A stretch of DNA of 54,080 nt from a virus. Taxonomy: Duplodnaviria; Heunggongvirae; Uroviricota; Caudoviricetes. Location: positions 1 to 54,080 of IMG/VR virus record IMGVR_UViG_3300028886_000034; one strand, given 5' to 3'. The notes below the pieces were generated by a model, which made no database searches, was not told the origin of the DNA, and was given only the letters and a program-made list of their open reading frames with translations. Within the stretch, counting starts at the first letter, position 1, and every line of letters starts with the position of its first letter. This document shows positions 1-9,977 of this stretch, one piece after another. The translations under genes were made by a program, and so were the position numbers.

Positions 1-1234
1 GCGTTTTCTTACTATTAAGATCTTTTAAAGTATTTTTACTTTCATCCAAATGTGCTTCAGCAGAACAAATCTGCTTAATAGTATACTTCAAAAGACTATC
101 AACAGTTTTATCATCAAGTTTACACTTCTTCATAACACGTTCAGCTGTATGCTCATCAAGAGGATTCAAATACGGTTTAATCTTAATGAGCAATTCTACT
201 GTACTAATATGGTCTTGCATTTTCTTTATCTTTTTACTAAGATTATTATTAACTGCCTGTTTATAATATTTATAAGTAGTTTCAATAATCTCAGGAAGAC
301 TATAATGTTTAATAATGCTATCATTATGAAAGTACATATCTACATTAGTTTTAACAGTAAGAAGTTTTTCCAAATCATAGTCATCTGTTGTTTTACCTCT
401 AGGCAATTCCACAAAGATATTGGTAGTTTCCTTACTAAAATCTTGAGGAATTGTATCAAAGGGTTCCAACAGTTTTCTTGGATTATTTATTTTAACCATA
501 AGTGGAAATTCAATAATATTAAAGCTTTTCTTGTTATCATTCACTACATATCTTGCAGTAGTATATACTGGCCCAAAACCTTCATTAAACAACTGATCCG
601 GACAAGGAACACTAATGGATTTATACCTAAGATGCACCTTATTCTTAATAGGCTTCTTATCTACAATATCCCTAAGTAATGCAAACATATCAGCAATATC
701 AAACTTTGGCATAGTATACGCCACCCCAAACCCAATAGCTGATACATAATCTTCAGTGTCACTAAAATGACAAAGATTAAGAGGCAGAGGCGTAGGGAGA
801 TATTCCGGTTCCATAAAAGATAGATCATTGTTGAAATAAGGCACATCTTCAATATACTTAAAAGCAAGTTTGAGCACTTTTTCATTTAATTTACACTCCG
901 TATATCTCATAGCTGCAGGTTCAATCACATCCATCCCAACATTTGAACCAAAATTACCTACTCCATCCAAAAACCCATCTCTTACAAATCCTGCTACAGC
1001 ACCAGCAATTGAAGAGTCACCATGAGGATGATATTTGCCCATAGTATCTCCAACCAGAGTTGCTGTTTTAACTGTTCTATTTCTTGCAATATTATATGCC
1101 GAATATAGGATTCTTCTATGAATTGCTTTTAAACCGTCTTTTTCACTGCAAACAACTCTTCCACCCAAATTAATAAACTTACCATATTGATAGTAATTAT
1201 CTCTAACTATTTGTGCTGCTGACTTTTTTTCCAT
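1..1234 (-). CDS. gyrA: DNA topoisomerase II/gyrase subunit A (GyrA/ParC-like), 3' end runs off the window
   Basis: Not in the ORF track. Hand translation from ATG 1234 (SD GAGGAGG): MEKKSAAQIVRDNYYQYGKFIN...DGLKAIHRRILYS...GDTMGKYHPHGDSSIAG...PAAMRYTE (catalytic Tyr motif). Frame open in the stretches I translated. Confidence 0.93.
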   Translation of the reverse strand, partial: MEKKSAAQIVRDNYYQYGKFINLGGRVVCSEKDGLKAIHRRILYSAYNIARNRTVKTATLVGDTMGKYHPHGDSSIAGAVAGFVRDGFLDGVGNFGSNVGMDVIEPAAMRYTECKLNEKVLKLAFKYIEDVPYFNNDLSFMEPEYLPTPLPLNLCHFSDTEDYVSAIGFGVAYTMPKFDIADMFALLRDIVDKKPIKNKVHLRYKSISVPCPDQLFNEGFGPVYTTARYVVNDNKKSFNIIEFPLMVKINNPRKLLEPFDTIPQDFSKETTNIFVELPRGKTTDDYDLEKLLTVKTNVDMYFHNDSIIKHYSLPEIIETTYKYYKQAVNNNLSKKIKKMQDHISTVELLIKIKPYLNPLDEHTAERVMKKCKLDDKTVDSLLKYTIKQICSAEAHLDESKNTLKDLNSKKT

Positions 1235-1637
1235 CTTTAATATCCTCCTCATAAAGCTTAATCTTATCTACATTCTCTGTCCACACACCTTTTTCAACTG
1301 AGGCATTACTATAGGACATGGCAGTATGCAGCATATTCTGAAGGGTATCATTAATCTTATCATGAAGTAGCGCAGATGCTTTCTTAACAATAGAATTAGG
1401 ATTCTCAGAATAAAGTCTTCCAGAAACTCCCATATATGCTAGAAGAGCATAAGTCATAGCCAAATCGTCAGTGGCACTTTCAATAGTATTTTTTACATGA
1501 CTTTTAATTTCACAAATATCTTCGCATTCTTGTTCACTAAAAGGTGTAGGAATGAGAACTTCCAAACTACCATTTCTGGGATACATACCATATTCAAGAC
1601 GATCCAGAAAATCACAAACCTTCTCAGTATTAATCAT
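1203..1637 (-). CDS. hypothetical protein (144 aa)
   Basis: ORF track; SD GGAGG upstream; 3' end overlaps the gyrA start. Confidence 0.7.
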   Translation of the reverse strand: MINTEKVCDFLDRLEYGMYPRNGSLEVLIPTPFSEQECEDICEIKSHVKNTIESATDDLAMTYALLAYMGVSGRLYSENPNSIVKKASALLHDKINDTLQNMLHTAMSYSNASVEKGVWTENVDKIKLYEEDIKDGKKVSSTNS

Positions 1638-1649
1638 ATTAGCATCCTC

Positions 1650-1946
1650 CTAGAAATTAGTCAAGATAAAATCATTCAGAGTATCTTCAACATGGTCAAT
1701 TTCATTTTCAAATTCATGATCACTAGAATTTGGGTTTTCCATTCCACATACATGATATCCGTAATTCTTAATTGCAATAAGTGTAGCTAACCTCTCTTTA
1801 TTATCCTCAATAGCTTTCAATGCTATTGAATATCTCAGTTCAAGTTCTTTCAACTGCTCATCACTAATATCTGGAAGTTCAAACCCAACATAATAATTAC
1901 ATGTGTCCATAATCTTATCTTTAATACTCAAATCCTTAAACAGCAT
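1650..1946 (-). CDS. hypothetical acidic protein (98 aa)
   Basis: ORF track; SD AGGAGGG upstream. Confidence 0.75.
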   Translation of the reverse strand: MLFKDLSIKDKIMDTCNYYVGFELPDISDEQLKELELRYSIALKAIEDNKERLATLIAIKNYGYHVCGMENPNSSDHEFENEIDHVEDTLNDFILTNF

Positions 1947-1974
1947 ACTTAAACCCTCCTGTAAAATAAAAATA

Positions 1975-1999
1975 GGGGATACTTTTTATAGGTATCCCC
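1975..1999 (-). terminator. intrinsic terminator
   Basis: GGGGATAC...GTATCCCC stem followed by a T-run on the minus strand. Confidence 0.7.
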
Positions 2000-2012
2000 G
2001 CTATAGCAACAC

Positions 2013-2678
2013 TTAATATTTTTCACTAAAATAGTACAAATCAATAGGGACTTTCTGATAATCTTTAAACTCAGTATTTCTATCCTCTACAGAAATCAAA
2101 TCCCACGACCACAAACCGACTCTATCAAAGTTAATATCGCCAGAATCATAATCTCCACCACCCTCGCACATAGATGGACCTGCAGTTAATGCTGCCAGAG
2201 GATGAATAATCCAGTCATCACCATAGTTTTTACCATAATCAACATACTCTTTAAAATCAAGATACATCTTCTTATCATAATTTACCAAATTGTAATCACC
2301 AATATGTTCTTCACCAAACTTAGAACAATAACCACCAACCTCTTCCAAAGTCAGAGATTTCCAATTTGGCTTCTCTAAAAGAGGTATGTACTCTGGCCTT
2401 TTTGCTTCACAAATAAACCAAACTGCTTCATTACTGTCATACAACTCATTTCCTGTAGGACCTGTTTTATCTTGTCCCACACGTCTATCTTCACAATAAT
2501 CTCCTACCCAAGAAAGCCTTGAAGGAGTTTTATATAGATTTTCCATTACTACAGATGTTACTGAATTTCCAATATATGAATGCTCTAGAAACTTCAGACC
2601 ATTTCCAAACTGATGAGCATTAATTCCATAAAGTTTACCTTCCTGATTCTCCCAAACCGGCATCCAATACTGACCCAT
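2013..2678 (-). CDS. phage hypothetical protein (MGQYW...GLKFLEHSYIGN type)
   Basis: ORF track; start moved to ATG 2678 because the track GTG lies inside the AAGGTGA SD. Confidence 0.75.
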   Translation of the reverse strand: MGQYWMPVWENQEGKLYGINAHQFGNGLKFLEHSYIGNSVTSVVMENLYKTPSRLSWVGDYCEDRRVGQDKTGPTGNELYDSNEAVWFICEAKRPEYIPLLEKPNWKSLTLEEVGGYCSKFGEEHIGDYNLVNYDKKMYLDFKEYVDYGKNYGDDWIIHPLAALTAGPSMCEGGGDYDSGDINFDRVGLWSWDLISVEDRNTEFKDYQKVPIDLYYFSEKY

Positions 2679-2692
2679 AGTTATCACCTTTC

Positions 2693-3217
2693 TTATTTAA
2701 TGTTTTCAATTCGAGGATTATTATCTTCCCAATAAATCTGAAGATTCTTATAAACTACTACATTGTTTTCACTAAACAACTGATTAATGTTAAATCCTAC
2801 TTCAAAAATCCCTGGGAAATATTCCTTATCCATACAATACACGCTATCTGATTCATCATTACCCATCCATACCACATACACTCCTTCATCATCACTCTTC
2901 ATACTAACAACCATATACCGACCAAATAACTGTACCTTATTACCAAATAGGACTCCAAACCCAGTTCTATCCTTATCAATACTTTCCCAATCATGTACAG
3001 CTTTGTGCTTTTTGCAATACTGCTGCACTCCATTAGTTGATTCTTTAAGAGTTTCACAATACTTACACTCTTTAGAATCTTTAGACTTTTTCATTGCAAC
3101 TTTCTGAATCATAGATTCACTAATCTTATTAAATCTAGTCAAGACTGAGATTAGAAAATCTGGTTTAAAGAGAAGTTTATTCTCTTTCAAGAATTTATCT
3201 AGTTTAATTACATCCAT
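2693..3217 (-). CDS. hypothetical protein with CxxC...C (CKYC...C) putative Zn site
   Basis: ORF track; SD AGGAG. Confidence 0.7.
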   Translation of the reverse strand: MDVIKLDKFLKENKLLFKPDFLISVLTRFNKISESMIQKVAMKKSKDSKECKYCETLKESTNGVQQYCKKHKAVHDWESIDKDRTGFGVLFGNKVQLFGRYMVVSMKSDDEGVYVVWMGNDESDSVYCMDKEYFPGIFEVGFNINQLFSENNVVVYKNLQIYWEDNNPRIENIK

Positions 3218-3232
3218 TATAATATCTCCTTT

Positions 3233-4150
3233 CTACATATTTGCTAATTCTTCATTTCCTTCGATTACTTCTGGAAACGGTACTGATGGTGCAAAATCAT
3301 CATCATTGAGTGCTATAGAATAACCGCAGTTATCATCAACAAGTGAAGTTCTGACATTATGCTTCAACTTCTTACTCAGGTCAATACCTTGCGAATAAAG
3401 AAATTCCAGAGCTCTATCAATAAACTCACACAAATTATTAACCTGCTTTAATGTCATATTATCACTTAACTCTGGCATTTTGTCAACAGGTTCTTCAAAT
3501 TCAAATTGAAGTTCTTTAGCAGAATCTTTTGATTCTTCTGCCAATCTTTTAGCTTTAATTCTGTCATACTCTTTAAACATACTCTCTTGGCTATCATACT
3601 TTTTCAATTTTAAAGTCCTTTTTTCTTTTGCTGTCTTAATTACCCCAAGAGTAGGATGATTTTCAAAATCCTTTAGACTATATTTATCATTTAAAAAGTC
3701 ATAAATTTTAACATATAGAATACCATCCACACAAGATGATGACCCAAGCGTCAAATAGAAAGGCAGTACATATTTATCTTTCACTAAATAATTATTTTTA
3801 ACATATTCATTTACTGACTCCCAAGCAGATTTTTCGTCTAACTCAGCAGCCTCGTTTCGTGTTACAAATACCATTTTACTAGACCCCATAGAAAAGGTAT
3901 TCCTATAATCTGATTTGCCCCAATCATATGTGGCAAAATCATCTCCACCAATAATCGCGTTATAATACTCCCTTAGTCTATAATATGAGATCAAATCATT
4001 TTTATTATTTACGAAAATTGATTTAAAGAAGCATGCTAAAAATGTACTTGTAAACGGAATAAACTTTACTCCATTCATATCCTGATAGGGGCTATTGTCA
4101 ATAATTTTGCAAATATTGCATTTGTGCTCAAAATCAAGAATAACAGGCAT
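3233..4150 (-). CDS. hypothetical protein (305 aa), N-terminal CNIC
   Basis: ORF track; SD AAGGA. Confidence 0.7.
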   Translation of the reverse strand: MPVILDFEHKCNICKIIDNSPYQDMNGVKFIPFTSTFLACFFKSIFVNNKNDLISYYRLREYYNAIIGGDDFATYDWGKSDYRNTFSMGSSKMVFVTRNEAAELDEKSAWESVNEYVKNNYLVKDKYVLPFYLTLGSSSCVDGILYVKIYDFLNDKYSLKDFENHPTLGVIKTAKEKRTLKLKKYDSQESMFKEYDRIKAKRLAEESKDSAKELQFEFEEPVDKMPELSDNMTLKQVNNLCEFIDRALEFLYSQGIDLSKKLKHNVRTSLVDDNCGYSIALNDDDFAPSVPFPEVIEGNEELANM

Positions 4151-4173
4151 TGTAATACATCATCCTTTCAAAT

Positions 4174-4569
4174 TTAAATAATTAGGGGGGAAGTATATTT
4201 TAAAAAGCTGAGAGCTAGTTTGATTGCTACCCCCTCAGATGGCGCATATGACGAGTTAATGTAACAAGGGTGAGACGAGTCACTTAGCGGGCAACCGAAC
4301 TTCAAAAAATGCTTAAGATCAACGCCACGCTTTTTGAATTCTTCCCTAAGATATTCTTCCATAATCTCAAAAGCACTTTCGGTGGAAGACAGTTTTTTAC
4401 ATAGTTCAGTCACATTAATGAAACGGTGGTACTTGATAATGGCCAAAACGAGATCAACTTTGTAGAGGGCGTTATGGTCTCGGAAGGCGAGAAGAGCATC
4501 AAGATACTCAAAACGCTTATTCTCTGGTAAATTTACAACAACCCGACGTGGGTTTTTTCTTTTTTCCAT
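4174..4569 (-). CDS. hypothetical protein, basic N-terminus (possible DNA-binding), GC-rich cassette
   Basis: ORF track; SD GGAGGT; GC visibly above flanks. Confidence 0.7.
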   Translation of the reverse strand: MEKRKNPRRVVVNLPENKRFEYLDALLAFRDHNALYKVDLVLAIIKYHRFINVTELCKKLSSTESAFEIMEEYLREEFKKRGVDLKHFLKFGCPLSDSSHPCYINSSYAPSEGVAIKLALSFLKYTSPLII

Positions 4570-4603
4570 CGAAATACCTCCGTATATGTTGGCTTGGCGT
4601 GGG

Positions 4604-4637
4604 CTGGGAAGGAGTTTTTAATAACCCTCCTTCCCAG
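4604..4637. terminator. perfect 11-bp hairpin between the two GC-rich genes
   Basis: CTGGGAAGGAG (4604-4614) / CTCCTTCCCAG (4627-4637); no clear U-tail, so it may be a processing or stability hairpin. Confidence 0.5.
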
Positions 4638-4659
4638 ACTTACCATCTACCTTTTAAAC

Positions 4660-5466
4660 CTAATACTTGTATCGCATCTTGATATCTTCAGCATGCTGGT
4701 GATTCTGCAAGATATCGTCAAAGTAATGCGCAACCTTATCTTGATAAATACCGCGAATTTGCTGCTCGAAGTTTAGACTGCTAACATAAGTCTCCTTAAT
4801 GTTAACTAGGTTTCTAACATTAAGGTCAACGCACATCCTGTTGAAAAAGTACCCTGCAGAATCAAGGTGCGCCAACAGTTGCTCTTGAACGTTCATCCCG
4901 GCTTTAAACAACTGTACCTCAGGGTATCTCTTATAGAATTCGAGAGTCATCTTCTCCAAGAACTCCCAGCCTTTCCACTTTCCTTTGTCGATAAACGACA
5001 AGTAAGCTTCCCTAAGATTCATATTGATTTTTGACAATTCAACGCCATTGGTTCTGTCGCCAGAACGGTCGCTCGCATTCATAGCAACAAAGCGAGAATC
5101 AATACCAGCGTGGCCAATTTTCAAAGCAATACCTTCCCGAAGCTTTTTCTTATTTCTGTTAGGAAGACCAGGATAACACCAAAGTTTCTCCATGACCTCT
5201 CTCTCAGCAAATACCTTTTCTGAGATAAGCTTATTCTCATAAATGTATGGCCTCGGCATGGAGATTGGCTGTCTCTTTACATTTGTAAACTGATCCCACG
5301 CCCATAGGTTGCAGCAATAATCACCCTTAATCTGCGTCTTAGGCGCAAATGCTACGCCATAAGTTCTTCTGACATAAAGAACCATATCCATAAGAAGCTC
5401 TTCATTCGCAACGCTGCTGTTGTAGTTGGTGAAAATGATTCCGCTCTTATCATAAGATTTCTGCAT
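4660..5466 (-). CDS. hypothetical protein (268 aa), GC-rich cassette
   Basis: ORF track; SD AGGAGG. Confidence 0.75.
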   Translation of the reverse strand: MQKSYDKSGIIFTNYNSSVANEELLMDMVLYVRRTYGVAFAPKTQIKGDYCCNLWAWDQFTNVKRQPISMPRPYIYENKLISEKVFAEREVMEKLWCYPGLPNRNKKKLREGIALKIGHAGIDSRFVAMNASDRSGDRTNGVELSKINMNLREAYLSFIDKGKWKGWEFLEKMTLEFYKRYPEVQLFKAGMNVQEQLLAHLDSAGYFFNRMCVDLNVRNLVNIKETYVSSLNFEQQIRGIYQDKVAHYFDDILQNHQHAEDIKMRYKY

Positions 5467-5535
5467 AATGTGTTTCCTCCTAAATGGTTTTTGATAGAAT
5501 TTTGATAGACTGGTACTAGCGCATCTATATTAAAA

Positions 5536-5568
5536 GACCAGTACTCCGCACACCTCAGAATACTGGCC
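5536..5568 (-). terminator. intrinsic terminator downstream of gyrB
   Basis: Minus strand GGCCAGTATTCT...GGAGTACTGGTC 12-bp stem with G-U pairs, then TTTT. Confidence 0.7.
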
Positions 5569-5574
5569 TTTGTT

Positions 5575-7368
5575 TTATTTGATGTAATCCTCAATAAGCT
5601 TTTGCTTATTTTTCCAAATTGCCTCAATTTCAGATTGATTAGATTCTGTTACCTGAATCAATCTTCTATACTTATTATCAAATGCACATACTGCCAAGTC
5701 ATTGGCATTTAATTCTCCCAATCCCTTAATTCTAGAAATTGGATTACCTTCAGCCTTATACTTCTCCATATCTTCTCTAGTATAAATTGGTACAAATTTA
5801 CCCTTTATCCTAGTTGTAAATAATGGAGTGATTCCTACAAATAGTTTACCTTCTTTGATAAGTTTTTCAGCAAACTTTTCAAAGAAAGATACTAATAGCA
5901 AACAAACATGATAACCATCAGGATCTGCGTCAGCCATGATAATTACTTTACCATACCTCAATGTTGACAATTCATTATCGTTTGGCTTAATTCCTATTGA
6001 GTTGAATATAGCCCCCAAAGTTTTACTATCAACAATTCTGTCAAAGGTACTATTCAATACATTAAGTATTTTTCCCCTAAGTGGAAGAATAGCATGTTTT
6101 CTAATATCTCTGCCTTTAACAAGATTGCCACCAGCAGACTGCCCTTCAACAATGTACAATTCTCTTTCTTCAACATTTTTGGAAGAACAATCTCTCAACG
6201 ATTCTACATTAACTTTTGACCTAGATTTTTTAACATCCAGTTTTTTAGTGTCTTTACTCATTTTAATAGCTTGAGCAAGTTCACATTGACTCTTGACAAA
6301 TTTAGGATATTTGTCTAAAATCTTATTAACTTTATCTTGGTCAAAAATGTAAGAATACTTGTTCACACCACCACTAAGAGAATACTTTTGTTGACCAGTA
6401 AATGCCGGGTCTGATAATCTGGCAATACACAGGATATTAATACCTACTACCATACTATCCTCATCAACATACATATTCTCTTTAGTAGCCTTTTCATACA
6501 AGTAAGTATTAAACGCTTTTCTAAAGAATTGAAGATGATTACCCATATCCATAGGTAGAGTGTTAACTACACCTCTAAACACAAATGAAGTAGTATCTTC
6601 AACTCTACCAAAGTATAGAGTTACAGAATCTTTTATCTTTTTACCATCTGCTTCTCTAATACCTGTAATAGTTTCAGTAAAGTATTTATTGTCCAACCTA
6701 TCTGCAAACTTCTCCAGAATATCATTCTTTACCTGAATAACTTGTGGAATTCCATCAACAGGAATAATCTGAACAAAAACATTTGCATTCCTTCCTTGTT
6801 CTGCACTGATAAGGATACCTTTAGCTCTTTCAATAACTGTGTCCTTATCAATATCCAAAGAATCAAAATATTTAGCATCTGGTTTAAACTCCAACTTAGT
6901 GCTAAACTTTTGTTCTTTATCAATAATTTCAGGAGTAATGTCTTTATCTTCAGATTGTTTAAATGTATACTTTCTATATCTATTCTTTTTCTCTTTTACA
7001 ATAATCTCAAGATATTCACTTAGTGCATTTACAATTGTAAGACCCTCTCCATGTAAACCAGATTTCTGATTATAAAGGTCGTTATCAAACTTACCACCAG
7101 TTCTCAATTCAGTTACAATTTCAATAGGTACATCATGCTCCATACCTTTTTGATGAATTGGAATACCTCTTCCATTATCTGCAACTGAATAGACTTTATC
7201 CTTATAGTTAAGTGTAATTACAATTGTATCTGCATATCCACTTAAGAACTCATCAGAAGCATTATCTATGAGCTCTGTTAAAAGATACAGAGGAGTTTCT
7301 GTACTTCTAATGTACAGTTCACTTCTCTTCTGGATATGCTCAAATTCTGACATATGTCTAATTGCCAT
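5575..7368 (-). CDS. gyrB: DNA topoisomerase II/gyrase subunit B (GHKL ATPase + TOPRIM)
   Basis: ELIDNASDE, DNGRGIP, GGKF, GLHGEG, YIVEGQSAG, PLRGKILN, MADADPDG, RIKGLGE motifs. Confidence 0.95.
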   Translation of the reverse strand: MAIRHMSEFEHIQKRSELYIRSTETPLYLLTELIDNASDEFLSGYADTIVITLNYKDKVYSVADNGRGIPIHQKGMEHDVPIEIVTELRTGGKFDNDLYNQKSGLHGEGLTIVNALSEYLEIIVKEKKNRYRKYTFKQSEDKDITPEIIDKEQKFSTKLEFKPDAKYFDSLDIDKDTVIERAKGILISAEQGRNANVFVQIIPVDGIPQVIQVKNDILEKFADRLDNKYFTETITGIREADGKKIKDSVTLYFGRVEDTTSFVFRGVVNTLPMDMGNHLQFFRKAFNTYLYEKATKENMYVDEDSMVVGINILCIARLSDPAFTGQQKYSLSGGVNKYSYIFDQDKVNKILDKYPKFVKSQCELAQAIKMSKDTKKLDVKKSRSKVNVESLRDCSSKNVEERELYIVEGQSAGGNLVKGRDIRKHAILPLRGKILNVLNSTFDRIVDSKTLGAIFNSIGIKPNDNELSTLRYGKVIIMADADPDGYHVCLLLVSFFEKFAEKLIKEGKLFVGITPLFTTRIKGKFVPIYTREDMEKYKAEGNPISRIKGLGELNANDLAVCAFDNKYRRLIQVTESNQSEIEAIWKNKQKLIEDYIK

Positions 7369-7374
7369 AGCTTA

Positions 7375-7587
7375 TCACCTCAACTCAAACCATATTTCAA
7401 CAAAAATTGCGATCATAAAAACTGGAATACTCCTCCAGTATAGCTTTTTCCATATTGGATAAAGTTTATAAAATGTTTCTTTATCCCCTCGAATCAATAG
7501 CCAAACTACATACAACCCTTCCATCAAACATAGTACTGCAAATACTGAAGTAAAAATCTTACATATAGGATAAATAGAGCTTATCAT
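7375..7587 (-). CDS. small membrane protein, paralog of 7596-7820
   Basis: Hydrophobic; shared GDKE.FYK...W.K.YWR..P.F...EIW motif. Confidence 0.7.
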   Translation of the reverse strand: MISSIYPICKIFTSVFAVLCLMEGLYVVWLLIRGDKETFYKLYPIWKKLYWRSIPVFMIAIFVEIWFELR

Positions 7588-7595
7588 AGATTATC

Positions 7596-7820
7596 TTACC
7601 TCAACCAGATTTCAGCAATCATAGCTACAATAAAGAATGGGGTAATTCTCCAGTACCACTTATTCCAAACAACTGAATACTTATAAAACTTCTCCTTATC
7701 TCCGTTAAACCACCGAACTGAGATTACATATCCAACCCACATAACACACAGTATTGCACAAATTGATGTAAAGATATTAAGTACTCCACAAATAATACTT
7801 TTCACAAATAACCCCTCCAA
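7596..7820 (-). CDS. small membrane protein, paralog of 7375-7587
   Basis: Hydrophobic; SD GGAGGG; shared motif with neighbour. Confidence 0.7.
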   Translation of the reverse strand: MEGLFVKSIICGVLNIFTSICAILCVMWVGYVISVRWFNGDKEKFYKYSVVWNKWYWRITPFFIVAMIAEIWLR

Positions 7821-7910
7821 TACTTTGATGAATAGGATGTTACCATAAAAATCTTCAACTTGTCAAGATAGTCCTTTTAATTAAAACAAGGCTGAAGATC
7901 TAATGGATAT

Positions 7911-7956
7911 TAACATAATATATATACAAAAGTTGACTTAGACTTTGAACAAATAA
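7911..7956. repeat. 46-bp element, copy 1 (promoter/leader or dif-like site) at a divergent-transcription junction
   Basis: TAACATAATATATATACAAAAGTTGACTTAGACTTTGAACAAATAA; identical to 20383-20429 apart from a 1-nt indel. Confidence 0.9.
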
Positions 7957-7993
7957 GGAGAAAACCTTTTGAAAAGAAAGTTGGTGATTAACC

Positions 7994-9949
7994 ATTGCAC
8001 TACTAAAAAATGTTCAAATTACTACAGATAACTCTTTAAGAGTTGGTAAAAGACTAGTTATATCTGGATTAAATGTGTATGAACTTAAAAAAGATATAAG
8101 AATGTTCTTTGGTAGAAATATTCCTAATATTAGTACTTCTGGAGTTTCTATGACTTATCACATCTTTTCTATAGTGGTTAGAAGTGTTTTCTTTGGTGGA
8201 GCTAATATTTCTTTTGAAGAGTTCTTTGTAGTTGAAGTTAAAAAAGTTTTTGAGTGGCTATATGAACGCTTCAAAAGAGAGTCTTATAAACAGGTTATAG
8301 AATTATTAAATCAGCATCCTAGAATTGTTGCTCTAGAAAAACCTATGGAAGAAGTTCCATCAGAAATTACTTCTAAATTAAATAAGTTAGGTGTTGAACT
8401 TAAACCTTACCAAAAAGAATTCTTGTATCATTATTATAATGCAACTCATAAAGTTGGGTTAAATGGATTCTTAATGGCCTTTGAACAAGGCCTGGGCAAA
8501 ACCTTCACTGCAATAGCAACTGTTTATGCCTTTGACTTATTCCCATGTATTATAACAGCACCTAAGAGTACTTTATTATCTTGGAAGAATTCTATCACAG
8601 CTCTTTTACCAAACAAGTTTTTAAAAGAAGATGTACTGAATGTTGTAGACAAATTTTACATTTGTAATTATGAAGCTTTAGATAAAGTTACTAATTACAT
8701 AACATCTAATCCTAAGAGTATGATAGTTGATGAAATACAGAACTTTAGATATGCTAATACTGCCAGAGTACAGAATGTAAAGGATATTCAGGATAGATAT
8801 AAGATAAAGAATGTATTAGCTTTATCTGGTACTCCTATCAAAGCTTTGGCATCTGAGTTTGTACCAGTAATGACTATGTTAGATCCTATGTTTGCTGCAT
8901 CAGATACGGCACAAAGAATATTTAAACATTTGTATAATACAGGTAAATATGATGCTATTGCTTCTGCAGTTTTACAGGAAAGACTTAAGTTATATATGAT
9001 TAGAAAAGAAGCTTCAAAGGAACTTAATTTACCAGATAAAAAGAAATATGACATTACTTTAAAGATTAATAATATCAAGCCCTTTACATTACCAGTAGCT
9101 ATGCAGCATATTAAAGATTTCGTTAAAGAAGGATTAGATGCTAGGAACAAATCTGATGTTAGTAGATTATATGAGCAGTTAAGTAGGTTATTATCATTAT
9201 TCCAAGATTCAATACGAGTACAAGGTATAAGTTATGGTAATGATTACTTAGAAGATTATTATAAGAAAGTTAAAGCATTAGAAAAAATGGATCCTATGGG
9301 TAATGATAAGTATAAAGAGTTTATAGCAGAAATTAGAGCTATTGAAAAAGATATAAGAACAACCAATAGTGAGATTGGAAAACAGATTATACAAACCCGA
9401 AAAGAGATCACATCTTATAGATTTATATTAATGGGTAAAGCTATTGGCGAATTCTTTGTTAGAAATAAAATTAGATTACTTAACGCAGTAGTAAGTGAAA
9501 ACTTAAATACTATTAAAAACATTATAGATAATGCTGGTAAGAAAGTATTAATATTTTCTACTTTTAGAGAACCTTTAGCTACTCTACATGATTTATTAAA
9601 AAGATTAGATATTGAAAGTATGCTAGTAGAAAGTGCTGCTGACTTTAATGCTAACTTTAATAAATTTAAAGATAATCCTAATATAAGAGTTATGTTAGGA
9701 ACAATACAAGCATTAGGAACTGGAACAGATGGATTACAGTATTGCTGCGATACTATTATATTTTTAAATAGACCATTTAGAAGTACTGACCTTATGCAAG
9801 CTGAATCCAGAATTCATAGACAAGGACAAGACAGTACTTGTCATTATTATTATATTAATGTTGACCCAACTAATCCTAATGTATTATCACATGAAGAACT
9901 TATAAACCAGTGGAGTAAAGATATGTTATCTATTGCTGGTTTAGGATAA
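7994..9949 (+). CDS. SNF2/SWI2-family DEAD/H helicase
   Basis: LKPYQ, AFEQGLGKT (motif I), IVDEIQ (II), LSGTP (III), QAESRIHRQGQ (VI). Track start is GTG 8075; the frame is open back to ATT 7994, 6 nt after a GGTGA SD. Confidence 0.9.
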   Translation: MALLKNVQITTDNSLRVGKRLVISGLNVYELKKDIRMFFGRNIPNISTSGVSMTYHIFSIVVRSVFFGGANISFEEFFVVEVKKVFEWLYERFKRESYKQVIELLNQHPRIVALEKPMEEVPSEITSKLNKLGVELKPYQKEFLYHYYNATHKVGLNGFLMAFEQGLGKTFTAIATVYAFDLFPCIITAPKSTLLSWKNSITALLPNKFLKEDVLNVVDKFYICNYEALDKVTNYITSNPKSMIVDEIQNFRYANTARVQNVKDIQDRYKIKNVLALSGTPIKALASEFVPVMTMLDPMFAASDTAQRIFKHLYNTGKYDAIASAVLQERLKLYMIRKEASKELNLPDKKKYDITLKINNIKPFTLPVAMQHIKDFVKEGLDARNKSDVSRLYEQLSRLLSLFQDSIRVQGISYGNDYLEDYYKKVKALEKMDPMGNDKYKEFIAEIRAIEKDIRTTNSEIGKQIIQTRKEITSYRFILMGKAIGEFFVRNKIRLLNAVVSENLNTIKNIIDNAGKKVLIFSTFREPLATLHDLLKRLDIESMLVESAADFNANFNKFKDNPNIRVMLGTIQALGTGTDGLQYCCDTIIFLNRPFRSTDLMQAESRIHRQGQDSTCHYYYINVDPTNPNVLSHEELINQWSKDMLSIAGLG

Positions 9950-9977
9950 AAATTTATAAAGGAGTTGAATAACTTAT

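Noticed and set aside
50-679. 209-aa plus-strand ORF (and 661-885 minus ORF) in the track
   Set aside because: Antisense or off-frame shadows of the gyrA-like gene, which occupies 1-1234 on the minus strand with clear motifs
7969-8031. 20-codon TTG uORF (MKRKLVINHCTTKKCSNYYR) after AAGGAG upstream of SNF2
   Set aside because: Too short to support from sequence alone; may be incidental, although the SD spacing is normal
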